From IMG/VR virus record IMGVR_UViG_3300025759_000073, positions 1-64,000 of that record: a stretch of DNA of 64,000 nucleotides. One strand, given 5' to 3'. The notes under the pieces are model-generated. The model was given only the letters and a program-made list of their open reading frames with translations, did not search any database and was not told the DNA's origin. The position numbers and the translations under genes are program-made. Below are positions 35,526 through 45,078 of the stretch, piece after piece. Each line of letters begins with the position of its first letter. Position 1 is the first letter of the stretch. Source of the stretch: a virus.

Positions 35526-36313
35526 TAAACCTCCTTAAGTTTCTTTTGAATCAATGGCCACAATTTTTTGTAAAGATGTTTTAAATAAGGTTGCTTATCT
35601 CTCATTGTATGTTGCAGTGTTTTATTATTTATAAATCTGGGATCGTCTCCCAATTTCGCCTCTTTAAACGCTCGACTAACTCCTAATAAGAGTTTAAATA
35701 GATTTAACTGCGTAACCTGCCCTTCCTTGTAAAAATTAAACAAACTGTTTAAGTATTCTTTATCTTGTTCGTCTTCTGAATTTAAAAAGTCAACAACCTC
35801 TTTGTATATTTCGCTAGAGTGTGCTAAGATTTCTCTTTTTTGGGAAAGATAACCTTTTTTAAAATCTGATTTTTTAAAATATTTTGAATCTATCAGGTGA
35901 ATCAACTCGTGATCAAGCATCCTACTTATGGCAAAGTCAATAGTTTCTTTGTCGAAATCTTCCTTGTATGCTACAACTATTTTTAAATGATAATAACCTT
36001 TATCGCTTTCTTCCGAAAGAAATGCCAGAGAGTCTTCTTCTCCCTTTAGGGGCCGACCAACTGAAAGAATTAAGTCAACAACCTGCTCCTCTCCGGCAAC
36101 ATTTTTAAACTTAAAGCCTTCGGCTTGATCATAAATTTCCTCTTCTTTATCGGAAGTTAAATATATATTTAAAAGCTCACGAAACTTGTCTTCAATCAAT
36201 TTTAAATTTTCATTTGAAATATGATTTTGAATTTTTAAAACACCTTCTTTCAAAAGTTCTCTTTCGATCTCTTCTTTGATGATTTTGAGAATGGTTTCTT
36301 TCTTGATCTTCAC
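35525..36313 (-). CDS. zincin-like metallopeptidase with N-terminal leader
   Basis: HELIH plus downstream Y.....EI.A; start set at GTG (GTGA overlap) giving MKIKKETILKIIKEE. Confidence 0.65.
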   Translation of the reverse strand: MKIKKETILKIIKEEIERELLKEGVLKIQNHISNENLKLIEDKFRELLNIYLTSDKEEEIYDQAEGFKFKNVAGEEQVVDLILSVGRPLKGEEDSLAFLSEESDKGYYHLKIVVAYKEDFDKETIDFAISRMLDHELIHLIDSKYFKKSDFKKGYLSQKREILAHSSEIYKEVVDFLNSEDEQDKEYLNSLFNFYKEGQVTQLNLFKLLLGVSRAFKEAKLGDDPRFINNKTLQHTMRDKQPYLKHLYKKLWPLIQKKLKEV

Positions 36314-36750
36314 TTTTGAATTCCTTGTATTCCGTAAAGAATTAAAATTGTTGTTCCTGCTCCGGCAACAAAGCCAATTGTGATCCAAAGAGGTGTCCAA
36401 TTGTTTTGCGGCTTTGCAATCTTTCTTAATCTTGTAATCTCTTCTTGATCAATCTTTCTTAAGTTTTTTCTCAATTCTTTTTCAATCTTGAAGTCTACTT
36501 TGCACTGATCAATCTTCAATTGAAGCTTTGCTTTTTCTTTTTGTTTCTGATAAGAACAATCCAGCTTCAAGCTTTTTTTCAAGTAATCTTGTTTTGCTAA
36601 AATCTTTGCCACCGCTTCATCATCCAAGAGCGTTCCAGAGAAGGGCGCTTTTGCCCCTTTTTGGAGTCTTGTGGACTTATTGGCATAGCAGGGCGAAATT
36701 GTGATGAAAGTGGCTAGAATGGTGCTTAAAATGCGTTTAAAGGTGATCAT
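36310..36750 (-). CDS. putative spanin-like protein (signal peptide, coiled coil, C-terminal TM)
   Basis: N-terminal signal, APFSGTLL, basic coiled coil, C-terminal WITIGFVAGAGTTILILY. Confidence 0.45.
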   Translation of the reverse strand: MITFKRILSTILATFITISPCYANKSTRLQKGAKAPFSGTLLDDEAVAKILAKQDYLKKSLKLDCSYQKQKEKAKLQLKIDQCKVDFKIEKELRKNLRKIDQEEITRLRKIAKPQNNWTPLWITIGFVAGAGTTILILYGIQGIQK

Positions 36751-37151
36751 TCTCCCTCCTTATAATCAAGACCAAATTCGTCTGCCAATCTTTTGGACAA
36801 TTGGGAAGGATCTTTCTTTGTTTGTTTCAAGATCTTTTTAACTTTCTTGTCGTATTCTTTCTTGGCGTTTTCTTTTCCAATCTTGTATTCTTTTCCAATT
36901 TCTTCCAAGATCTTTTCGTGTTTCTTTTCTAGATCTTTCTTTTCTTTTTGTTTTTGATCTTGCTTTTGCTGGATCTCGTACAATTCATCTTCTCTTCTTT
37001 TCTGCAAAGATCTTATAATTTGTCTTAGTCTTTTTTGACCGTCACTGGATACTAAAAGAAAAAGAGCAACTGTCACAAAGACAAAGACAATTGCTATAAA
37101 ATATTTGGATTCTGTCCACTTTCTTTTAATCTCTGCCCAAATCTCATTCAT
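36747..37151 (-). CDS. putative inner-membrane spanin-like protein
   Basis: Single N-terminal TM followed by charged coiled coil; directly after holin-like gene. Confidence 0.5.
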   Translation of the reverse strand: MNEIWAEIKRKWTESKYFIAIVFVFVTVALFLLVSSDGQKRLRQIIRSLQKRREDELYEIQQKQDQKQKEKKDLEKKHEKILEEIGKEYKIGKENAKKEYDKKVKKILKQTKKDPSQLSKRLADEFGLDYKEGE

Positions 37152-37459
37152 TTTGTCACCGTATCACCTGTTGTATCGGAAAGGGGAACTTTTCCTTTCT
37201 CATCTTTCTTGTCTTTGTCGGACATGATTGTTTTCACTGCTGTTTCAACTTTCGTTGTAACATTGGTCGAACCTTTCATTGCTTTCACTGCATCAATAAC
37301 AGATTGTCCACCAATATAAATAGCAGAGATCACAAGCCAGTCTCCTGATTTAAGATTGCCGGTTGTTAAAAATACGATTGTTGCGACAATCCAAACCAAT
37401 AACTTTTTTGAAATAAATGATGATAAATATTTATCAACAAATGCTTTTTTTCTAGCCAT
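37148..37459 (-). CDS. holin-like membrane protein
   Basis: SKKLLVWIVATIV and DWLVISAIYIGGQ TM segments, charged C-terminal tail, 103 aa. Confidence 0.55.
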   Translation of the reverse strand: MARKKAFVDKYLSSFISKKLLVWIVATIVFLTTGNLKSGDWLVISAIYIGGQSVIDAVKAMKGSTNVTTKVETAVKTIMSDKDKKDEKGKVPLSDTTGDTVTK

Positions 37460-37486
37460 TTTAAACTCCTATTTAAATTTAATTTG

Positions 37487-39022
37487 TTATTGCTGTTCAA
37501 ACCAGTTAACCAAAACTTGACCTGCAACGTTTCCGGTGGTTTTTACAGCAATTAGAATATCCTGACCTAATCCAAAAGCAAATTGCAATTCTGTAATGTC
37601 CTTTTGGACACCTTGTCCAGCGCCAACGATAAAGGTATAAAAAGGATCAATATCAGCCAAATTTGAAATTGCATTCGTAGATGGGCTTAATTGAGCATAA
37701 GAAACTACACTGTTATTTTCGTCAACATATTCGAAACTAACGTCCCCGGAGATTTTTGCTTTTTTAAACAATCCAACAACCAATGTTTTTGGAGAAGCAG
37801 CAGCAGACTCATTGGAAGCACCAATCTCCAAGAGATCAAATTCTCCATAGCAACTCTGATCTCTATAGACTCTATTAACTTTTAAAAGCGCCACGGGCTT
37901 ATAGGTTGCACTGTTGACAGTTGGGAACGTAAATGATTTACCAAACTTTGGATCTAATTTTTGAATTTGCCCTTCAACAAACCCAGCCATCGAAGCGGTT
38001 TTCAAAGTTTTGCCAGTTGTTCCGCCAATGTTTGCAGATGTTACTAAGACTGATGTGTTTGGATTTTTCAAAACCGGCGTGGTTCTAGCGTTTGCGTTTT
38101 TGATCATATGAAAAGGAGCCAACACTCCGGTTTCAGGATTTTCAACAGAAAATGATGCGTTTCCAAACCCAAGATATTGATATTGAATTTCATATACATT
38201 TCCTTTTGTAAGATCAATTGTCATGCCGGATGGCCCTTTTCCATCTAATCGATCAATATTAAAAGAAGATGCTGTAATGAATGTTGTTGTTTGCGCGGTG
38301 CTATCCTGTATTTGTGAAAATGAACCAACAATAGAACCACCAGAAGAAACAGAGTAAGAACCATCAAAAGCAGCGGCGGCGCGAGCAGAGATAAAATAAA
38401 CAGAGGAAGAAACTGCATCTGCTAACCAACCTCCGGGTGCCAATTGTGAATAGTCCCCCAAAGCAATCTGATAGGCTGTTTGGGTTACATCTGCTCCGCC
38501 GGTGACAGGCACAACAATAGAATTGCCATCCAAAGTAATTGTAACATCCTCTGTACCAGCGCCAGTCGTAATCTCTAGCTTTCTTATTTCTCTATCGCCG
38601 TCCTCTGCGTGTAAAATACCAAAAGAAGTTCCAAAGTATCCAATAAAATACCCATTCTCTGCGTTGCCAACTCCAATAAACTGTGCGTTTCCTGCATCTG
38701 GGGTGTCGTACAAGGCTGTTGCTTTCATTGAAGCGCCTTGTCCGGGGCGATATTTAAGACTCCTCCTCAACTGAACTGTAGCAGAACCTGATGCGTTTGT
38801 GCCACTTTGGAGAGAGCATATTCCATTTGTTGATGAAACTGTCGCGCCCATCAAAGACGATGTGGTAAAGTTTTGATCATTAATTCCATAGACAAAATCA
38901 CCTTGGGCAACTGGAAAAAAACTTTCTACCATCACTTGCCCAAACGTAGAAATAGGAGAAGCAATATTAACATTGTCCGCTCCAAGAGTTTTTTTAGGTT
39001 TATTTAAATCTGAAAATCCCAT
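37487..39022 (-). CDS. virion structural protein (beta-rich)
   Basis: 511 aa, Ser/Thr/Gly-rich; YRPGQG, FNIDRLDG.GPSG, YQYLGFG motifs. Confidence 0.6.
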   Translation of the reverse strand: MGFSDLNKPKKTLGADNVNIASPISTFGQVMVESFFPVAQGDFVYGINDQNFTTSSLMGATVSSTNGICSLQSGTNASGSATVQLRRSLKYRPGQGASMKATALYDTPDAGNAQFIGVGNAENGYFIGYFGTSFGILHAEDGDREIRKLEITTGAGTEDVTITLDGNSIVVPVTGGADVTQTAYQIALGDYSQLAPGGWLADAVSSSVYFISARAAAAFDGSYSVSSGGSIVGSFSQIQDSTAQTTTFITASSFNIDRLDGKGPSGMTIDLTKGNVYEIQYQYLGFGNASFSVENPETGVLAPFHMIKNANARTTPVLKNPNTSVLVTSANIGGTTGKTLKTASMAGFVEGQIQKLDPKFGKSFTFPTVNSATYKPVALLKVNRVYRDQSCYGEFDLLEIGASNESAAASPKTLVVGLFKKAKISGDVSFEYVDENNSVVSYAQLSPSTNAISNLADIDPFYTFIVGAGQGVQKDITELQFAFGLGQDILIAVKTTGNVAGQVLVNWFEQQ

Positions 39023-39433
39023 TTATCCTACCCCCACTGAGCCTGACCAGTTGTTAGCCAATCTTTGCTTTGGTATACCTGTCAACCCTGCAATGACAGA
39101 AGCCGAGCATTCATTTAAAGTATCCGACATTAAATAAAGATCTGTTACTTTAAACTCTGCTTCAAAGCTTTCTCCATTGTTCAATGTAAAATAATTGTTA
39201 TCAACCAAACCTTTCACTCCATTTTCAGATATTCCTACCCGAAGAGGCACGTTTGTTGCGCTCCCGTCTAGCGTGTTGGTAATTACAACAAATCTAGTGA
39301 CAGACTCAAAAGAAATGTTCTTTGGTGTCGATCCGGACGCTGGTACCGTTAAAGAAGAAGTCAGATAAGGTCTGGAACTGACTTGGTACGAACCAACGTG
39401 ACCCAAACCAACATCATATTTTGTCCAAGTCAT
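39023..39433 (-). CDS. putative capsid decoration protein (paralog of 27657-28046)
   Basis: Shared N-terminus, ISF..VT.....N, and LT.I C-terminal pattern. Confidence 0.55.
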   Translation of the reverse strand: MTWTKYDVGLGHVGSYQVSSRPYLTSSLTVPASGSTPKNISFESVTRFVVITNTLDGSATNVPLRVGISENGVKGLVDNNYFTLNNGESFEAEFKVTDLYLMSDTLNECSASVIAGLTGIPKQRLANNWSGSVGVG

Positions 39434-39443
39434 TTATAAACTC

Positions 39444-40160
39444 CTATTTTTGAACCAATCTTGAAACAAAGAACTTTCTTTTAAAACCATTCTTTGTTAC
39501 GTTTAGACGATAATAATCAAAGCCGTTCCCTGTTGAATAAGGATTTTCAACACCTTTTTCTTTCATCCAAGTTTTATCATAATAAGTAGTTGAGGAATAA
39601 ACGTTGACAACGTCGTTGCCTTTGTATTTGTCCAATCCCAATCCAACTGTAGCGTGACCAGATGAATAATCTTCTGCGAACTGCATTGAAACCCAATCTC
39701 CAAATTGGATCTGATAAGGATCGTGCGTTGTGAAAGTTTCAAACCAATCAAAGCGTTCCGGTCTATTTGCTAGCCACTTAAACCAACCCATTGCTCCAAG
39801 TTCGTCTGTTCGCATTCCATCAATCTCTTCGTCTTTATAAGCAAAGAAAAAGGCCCTTGCAACCTCCCAAGCTTCTCTGCCTGTAAAGTTGCCTTCTGGT
39901 GTTTCAAGATAATCCCCTGTGAACTCCTTCCACGCACGGAAAAAGATTTCCGAAGTGCATCCAACACAATAAGTTCCTTCGCCTTTTCTCAAAATCCTTC
40001 TTTTGTCATAATAGATATCTTCAGTTGAACCACCCCAGCTACCCCTTTTGTAAGGCATTGCTTTGGCATGAATATCAATGATTGCTTTTTTAATGCACCA
40101 TTGCCAATCTGAAATCTCTTCATCGTGTGGTAGAAGAGGGTACTTTTCGTCCATCTTCAT
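39444..40160 (-). CDS. NlpC/P60-like (papain-fold) Cys-His hydrolase, candidate lysin
   Basis: GTYCVG, GDWV, SGHATV ordering matches the Cys...GD...His pattern. Confidence 0.55.
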   Translation of the reverse strand: MKMDEKYPLLPHDEEISDWQWCIKKAIIDIHAKAMPYKRGSWGGSTEDIYYDKRRILRKGEGTYCVGCTSEIFFRAWKEFTGDYLETPEGNFTGREAWEVARAFFFAYKDEEIDGMRTDELGAMGWFKWLANRPERFDWFETFTTHDPYQIQFGDWVSMQFAEDYSSGHATVGLGLDKYKGNDVVNVYSSTTYYDKTWMKEKGVENPYSTGNGFDYYRLNVTKNGFKRKFFVSRLVQK

Positions 40161-41974
40161 GATTTCAAAATCCTTACAACAAATCTTCTTTTGCTTTCTT
40201 TGATGAAGTAGTCCTTGGAGGCTTTTGCTTCAGAATCAAATCTGCCCAGAATGTAATCAACAGCCTTTTCTTTAGAGAAGTCATCACTCAAGTACAAAAG
40301 AATTGAGTCGTGAAGGTTATTGAACTTTCCGGTTCGCATCTGAATGACTTCATTCATAACATAAAATGTTTTAAGTTCTCCGTATTTTTCTGCGTCTTGA
40401 TATCTTGTGTCCTTTGGCTTCTTCTTCTTCTCTTTCTTTTCTTTCTTATCTTTCTTTGGTTTAAACTCTGGGCGAACAGGATTAAAGCGATCTGGTTCTT
40501 TCCCTTTCTTACCAGAGGCTGTGATAGAGCGCACACCGGGAACAACCGTTTTGTCTCCTTTTTTAATTCCCAAGATATAATCAGCAGCCTCATCAAAACC
40601 TTCTGTTTCAATCTTATCCAAAATAACTTTAAGCCAGCTTTGATCTCCAAACTGTTCTGTATATTCTTTGTCCATATCCAACTCTTTAAGGTATGGGCCG
40701 ACCAACTTCTTATTAATCCTTTCCTCTTCGCTGAATTGTTGTTTAATCTTTTCTAGGTTGACGATAGATTGTTTAATTTGATTGATTGCAAATTCAGTAG
40801 TAACACCAAGACCTTTCTCTCCAGTCTTTCTGATTTGAGAAGCAACCCACACAATAGCTTGAAGCTCGTGAGGTAAGAGGCCTAGTTTTTTCGCTTCTTC
40901 AGCAACCAGTCCTGCCATATACCGATAAGTAACAACGTTACCCATCATCTTGCCTTTGATCTTTTCCCACTCTTTTGCCGTTGTAACACCTCTGACATTT
41001 GGATAAAAAGCGTCAATCATCCAAGTGTCAATTGTGGAGTTCCACATATAAAGCTCATCGTAGCTAATTTTCCCTTCTTTATCTCGCCCACCAGACAAAT
41101 CTGGGGCGATCAAATTCAGGGTGAAGTTTGGAACTTTGTGCGCATTTGTAAACCCTCGAAATTCTCCCTGATTTTTCTTTTTACCACCGGGAAAGATATT
41201 AATATATTCTCTCAAAAGCTCTTTGTTGTCTTTTGCATCCATTTCAACTGCCTTGAACATAAAGGCCGCTTCAGCCAAGTTCAAAGCAAACTTGGCTCTG
41301 GGGCTGTACGTTGCAATAAGAAGACCTAGCAAAGTAGCGTCTTGATCGTTTCCGGTTTCTTCATCGAGGAGATCTCTAATTTTATGATACCAATCTCTAG
41401 CTTTTTCAAAGAGACTATCAACTTCACCACCCTCTTTTAACTCATTAACCATGGCCTGAAAATCTTCCAGAACCCCTGCGGAAACGGGGAGGACATACCC
41501 CCCTTTTTCGAATTCCTCTGGACTCATACGGCCCAGACCTTTTTTCAAACCACTAACGGCCCCAATGTTCTGCTTCATTTGACCGGACGGGGTGAAAAGC
41601 TCCAACCTTCTCATCACAAGTTCTTTGTCTTCTTCGGGCAATTCGCTCCATGAATCGTATCCAAAATGGCGTAGAGCAATATAATCCTTTTCCTCTTCGG
41701 TGGGCTCCACACCTTGCTCTGCCGACTCATTCAAAGCGGTCGCAACAGGCTCTAGATCTTCTACTTCGATTCTGGGAATATCTTCCGCAGTTCCTCCGGT
41801 TCTTTCTTCAAATGCTTTGTAGATCTTTTCGATTGCTTGGTTGATTTTTGACAAGTCTTCTTTTGAAACAACAAAACCACCCAAAGAAGAATCATAAGAC
41901 ATTGTTTTGCCTTCTCTCTCTTTGAATTCTTTCATTGTTTTTCGAAAGCTTTCCATGATTAATTTCATCTTCAT
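40157..41974 (-). CDS. putative internal head protein with DNA-glycosylase-like helical domain
   Basis: MKLIMESFRK leader; WY...A.YSP...N, K..NF, TIDTWM, Y...A..LG..P..LQA..W. Confidence 0.55.
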   Translation of the reverse strand: MKMKLIMESFRKTMKEFKEREGKTMSYDSSLGGFVVSKEDLSKINQAIEKIYKAFEERTGGTAEDIPRIEVEDLEPVATALNESAEQGVEPTEEEKDYIALRHFGYDSWSELPEEDKELVMRRLELFTPSGQMKQNIGAVSGLKKGLGRMSPEEFEKGGYVLPVSAGVLEDFQAMVNELKEGGEVDSLFEKARDWYHKIRDLLDEETGNDQDATLLGLLIATYSPRAKFALNLAEAAFMFKAVEMDAKDNKELLREYINIFPGGKKKNQGEFRGFTNAHKVPNFTLNLIAPDLSGGRDKEGKISYDELYMWNSTIDTWMIDAFYPNVRGVTTAKEWEKIKGKMMGNVVTYRYMAGLVAEEAKKLGLLPHELQAIVWVASQIRKTGEKGLGVTTEFAINQIKQSIVNLEKIKQQFSEEERINKKLVGPYLKELDMDKEYTEQFGDQSWLKVILDKIETEGFDEAADYILGIKKGDKTVVPGVRSITASGKKGKEPDRFNPVRPEFKPKKDKKEKKEKKKKPKDTRYQDAEKYGELKTFYVMNEVIQMRTGKFNNLHDSILLYLSDDFSKEKAVDYILGRFDSEAKASKDYFIKESKRRFVVRILKS

Positions 41975-42249
41975 TTAACTTCTTCCTTTTTTATTTTAAC
42001 AATAAGGTCGCCACTGCCTTTGATTACTCTGTGATAAACAAAAGCAGGAATATAATAAGTTTTTCCTTCTTCAAGGGTTTTTGGAATTTCATTGTCCATT
42101 TGAAGTTGCCAGTCAGAAGATTGCAAAATTGTAACTTCTCTATTTTCTTTGTCTCTATGCCAGATAAGCTCTTCGGAGTCAACGTTCTCTTTGAACTCTC
42201 TGATTACAATATTATTTTCTAGTTTCTTCTCTTTAAAAGGGAATTCCAT
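41971..42249 (-). CDS. small cupin-like protein
   Basis: ELIWHRD.E.R, WQLQMDNE.P, IP...YHRVIKG. Confidence 0.65.
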   Translation of the reverse strand: MEFPFKEKKLENNIVIREFKENVDSEELIWHRDKENREVTILQSSDWQLQMDNEIPKTLEEGKTYYIPAFVYHRVIKGSGDLIVKIKKEEVK

Positions 42250-42250
42250 A

Positions 42251-43096
42251 TTACCACCAAGTAAACCTTTTCTTTGAACCGGTTAAATGCGGATAGCGAC
42301 CAACACGACAAGCCCAATATCCTGCTTTTGTTTTGTCTTTCTTTTGTTTGCATTTGTGTCGTGCTGCAAAAGACTTTCTTCTTTCTGGGCTGGCGACTTT
42401 GACCGACATTCCTTTGGAGCCAAACGAAACTTTGCGAATGTTTTTGGTTTTTGGGTCTCTGACATAAACATAAAACTTCTTGGAACCACCCCTTTGGGGT
42501 TTATTAAGCTTAACGTCCTTTCCTTTGTACTTTGCCTCCAAAAGAGACTCTTCCACCATTGGAAAGTCCAATGGAACTCTTTCGCCCTCAAAGATGCCGA
42601 ATTCTCCAATTTCAGTTTCAGAGATATAATATCTTTCAGCTTCTGTTAAACTAACCAAGCCTTTTTTCCAAAGGTTTCTTGCTTCTTTGAAAAGAGAAAA
42701 GAAGTTGTCAGAGTGAATACGATAAATGTTTTTATCAATGGTAATATTGTTGTCCATATGATACTTCATCCCTTCGGAAAGTCTTTCTTCAAGCATTCCC
42801 TGATCTCTGGCAATCTCACCGGCCAGATAATGTTTAACAGAAGAAAGATAATCGGATGCTTTTGTGATCTTTGCATCAACCCACTCCGGAAGATCATCTT
42901 CGTCTCTGATCATGGAGAGTAGCTTTTCACAATATCTTTGCGCTTTAGCAAGATTTGTCCTAGCCATTGAACCTTCGTGATCGTGCTTATCAAAGTCGCG
43001 ACCGTGTTCGCTCCTGCAATAAGAGCACCCGGAATGTGGACATCTTTCATAAACACCAATACATCCTTTCATCTCTTTCAAAATCTTTATTTTCAT
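42251..43096 (-). CDS. multi-module putative internal head protein
   Basis: DHEGSMAR..LPEWV..KIT.A.DY module; GMKYH...YR..S..FF.LF.EAR module; KKFYVYV...FG...RRKSF.ARH.C...GYWAC module. Confidence 0.65.
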   Translation of the reverse strand: MKIKILKEMKGCIGVYERCPHSGCSYCRSEHGRDFDKHDHEGSMARTNLAKAQRYCEKLLSMIRDEDDLPEWVDAKITKASDYLSSVKHYLAGEIARDQGMLEERLSEGMKYHMDNNITIDKNIYRIHSDNFFSLFKEARNLWKKGLVSLTEAERYYISETEIGEFGIFEGERVPLDFPMVEESLLEAKYKGKDVKLNKPQRGGSKKFYVYVRDPKTKNIRKVSFGSKGMSVKVASPERRKSFAARHKCKQKKDKTKAGYWACRVGRYPHLTGSKKRFTWW

Positions 43097-45078
43097 TTCT
43101 TTTTTCCTTTTTTAGAACTTAAAATGTTTATTTTAAATCTCTTTCTTTCAAACATCAACCGGCCTGTTGAAGATTCTCCTCTGGCGTAACCTTGAATTGC
43201 ATTCATAATATTTTTATTGTCTTTGTACTTAGATGACAACTTATTGAGAAGGGAGCGGAATCCAGCTTGATCTTTAGACATGTACGTAATTGCTTCCTTG
43301 CTTTCCATTACGCTAATTAAATGTTCATTATTCTTTGGCAAACTCAACAGCATACTTACATAATCCACCAGCAGACTAGGTGAAATTCCATATTTCTTAA
43401 AGTTTTTCTCGGCAAAGCCGTAATACTCTATTACTTCTCCAATATAATCATACCCTTTCTCAAAGTCTTTTTTACCATATTTTAACACAATTTCCTTTTT
43501 TATATCTTCTGGTGTTTGTTTATTTGCTAACAAATATTTCCTCATCAACATTCTTTGTTCTGTGTAGGGTTTCTCGTACTCTTTGACTTTTTCACGATAA
43601 TAGCGTTTTATTTGATTTGCATTGAGCTTTTTTATGACTCTCGAAAGATAGCTACTAACGTCTTCTCTATCTTTGGTGCTAGCCCCTTTGCCAACGTAAT
43701 CTTCAGTAGATTTCTGGTCCTTGTCGAGTGAACCCTCAAAATAAGGATTTTTGAAAATATCTACTATTTCAAAGCCAGTTTTACTTAAGACAACAAACTC
43801 ATCAGGGTGTTTACCTCGGCTCTCTTGGGCTCGGGCATCTCCTGTTTGACCGGTACCTCTTTGGAATTTTTGATATATCCTTCTTCTTACGTTGAAACCC
43901 ATTCTTGCTAGGTAGAATCCGGCGTTGAAGTCAAGGCCATATTTTCTAAGCTTATGTTCCACATCTAAAACCACTTGATATAATTGGGTTAAAGCACCGC
44001 CTTCTTCCCAGTCTCGAATCCCAGCCCACCCACGATGGCCAAACTCTTTTTCTCTTCTTCCTGTTTTTGCAAAATCGTCAACTTTTGTGATCAATCTTTC
44101 CATATCATTTTTTAATGTACCATTGTCGATGACTTGATTTACTTGTCTGCCGATGGTATGCCTCTCTTTGTTGATATCATTTTTAAATCTGGAAACAAAA
44201 TCATCAAAATTAAAATATTTCCCCATATACCCTTTATAATGGTTTAACACTTCTTGTTGTTTGAAGGCTTTTTTGAATAAAATGGGAAGAAATTCTTCAT
44301 AAACTTTAGCAATATCGATAGACGAATGACTAGTCTGTCTATTCGTCTTAAATATATCAAAAAAATCGGTGTTATGATCAATTGTTTTTCCAACTGCACT
44401 TATCCACAAAGATTTTGTCATAGGATTATTCCGCTCGAAATCGTTCGCTGCTCTGCGGGCCTTCTTTTGATCTTCTTCACCTAAGCCTTCGATAGCGTCC
44501 TCAAGCATATATACTTTCGCCATAATTATCCAACTATCCATAATAGAAGCTATCACCTCAACCTGATCTTTTTGTGCTTTTTTGATTGCAACCTTTGAGT
44601 GTTTTGTGGCCATTTTTTTTAAGATTTTGGCTTTTTCAGCTATTTCCTCTTCAGAGATATTCTCATTACCATCGACCAGATCAAGAACTTCATCTGGTCC
44701 TGATTTAAATTTAATCAAGAAAATAAAAGGAAGCCCTGCTGCGTATACTGGTGCGCCAACATTTCTATAGTATTCCAAACTTTCCTCACTAAGGCCCCAC
44801 CCATATAATCCGGGAGTGTTTGTTTTATAATCTCTGCCATGGAATGCCGGTCTTTCAGATCTAGCATTGAAGTGAAGCATGTGGTCCTCCTCTCCAACGG
44901 GCTTGGCATACTTTTCTAGATGTTTAAAAAGCTTTTCAAGATCCGGTTCTTGAACCTCTTCTGCTGAAACTTCACCTTTTACCGTTTTAAACGCGGTTTT
45001 TCCTTTTTCAACTTCTTTGTCTAATCTAGTTTTCTCTTTTAAAAGGAACTTCCGCCAGCTTTCCATTGTCAACTTCAC
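43093..45078 (-). CDS. putative internal head protein with ADP-ribosyltransferase-like motifs
   Basis: MKLTMESWRKFLLKE leader; LHF, NTPGLYGW, VLDL, PDEFVVL motifs. Confidence 0.5.
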   Translation of the reverse strand: MKLTMESWRKFLLKEKTRLDKEVEKGKTAFKTVKGEVSAEEVQEPDLEKLFKHLEKYAKPVGEEDHMLHFNARSERPAFHGRDYKTNTPGLYGWGLSEESLEYYRNVGAPVYAAGLPFIFLIKFKSGPDEVLDLVDGNENISEEEIAEKAKILKKMATKHSKVAIKKAQKDQVEVIASIMDSWIIMAKVYMLEDAIEGLGEEDQKKARRAANDFERNNPMTKSLWISAVGKTIDHNTDFFDIFKTNRQTSHSSIDIAKVYEEFLPILFKKAFKQQEVLNHYKGYMGKYFNFDDFVSRFKNDINKERHTIGRQVNQVIDNGTLKNDMERLITKVDDFAKTGRREKEFGHRGWAGIRDWEEGGALTQLYQVVLDVEHKLRKYGLDFNAGFYLARMGFNVRRRIYQKFQRGTGQTGDARAQESRGKHPDEFVVLSKTGFEIVDIFKNPYFEGSLDKDQKSTEDYVGKGASTKDREDVSSYLSRVIKKLNANQIKRYYREKVKEYEKPYTEQRMLMRKYLLANKQTPEDIKKEIVLKYGKKDFEKGYDYIGEVIEYYGFAEKNFKKYGISPSLLVDYVSMLLSLPKNNEHLISVMESKEAITYMSKDQAGFRSLLNKLSSKYKDNKNIMNAIQGYARGESSTGRLMFERKRFKINILSSKKGKKK

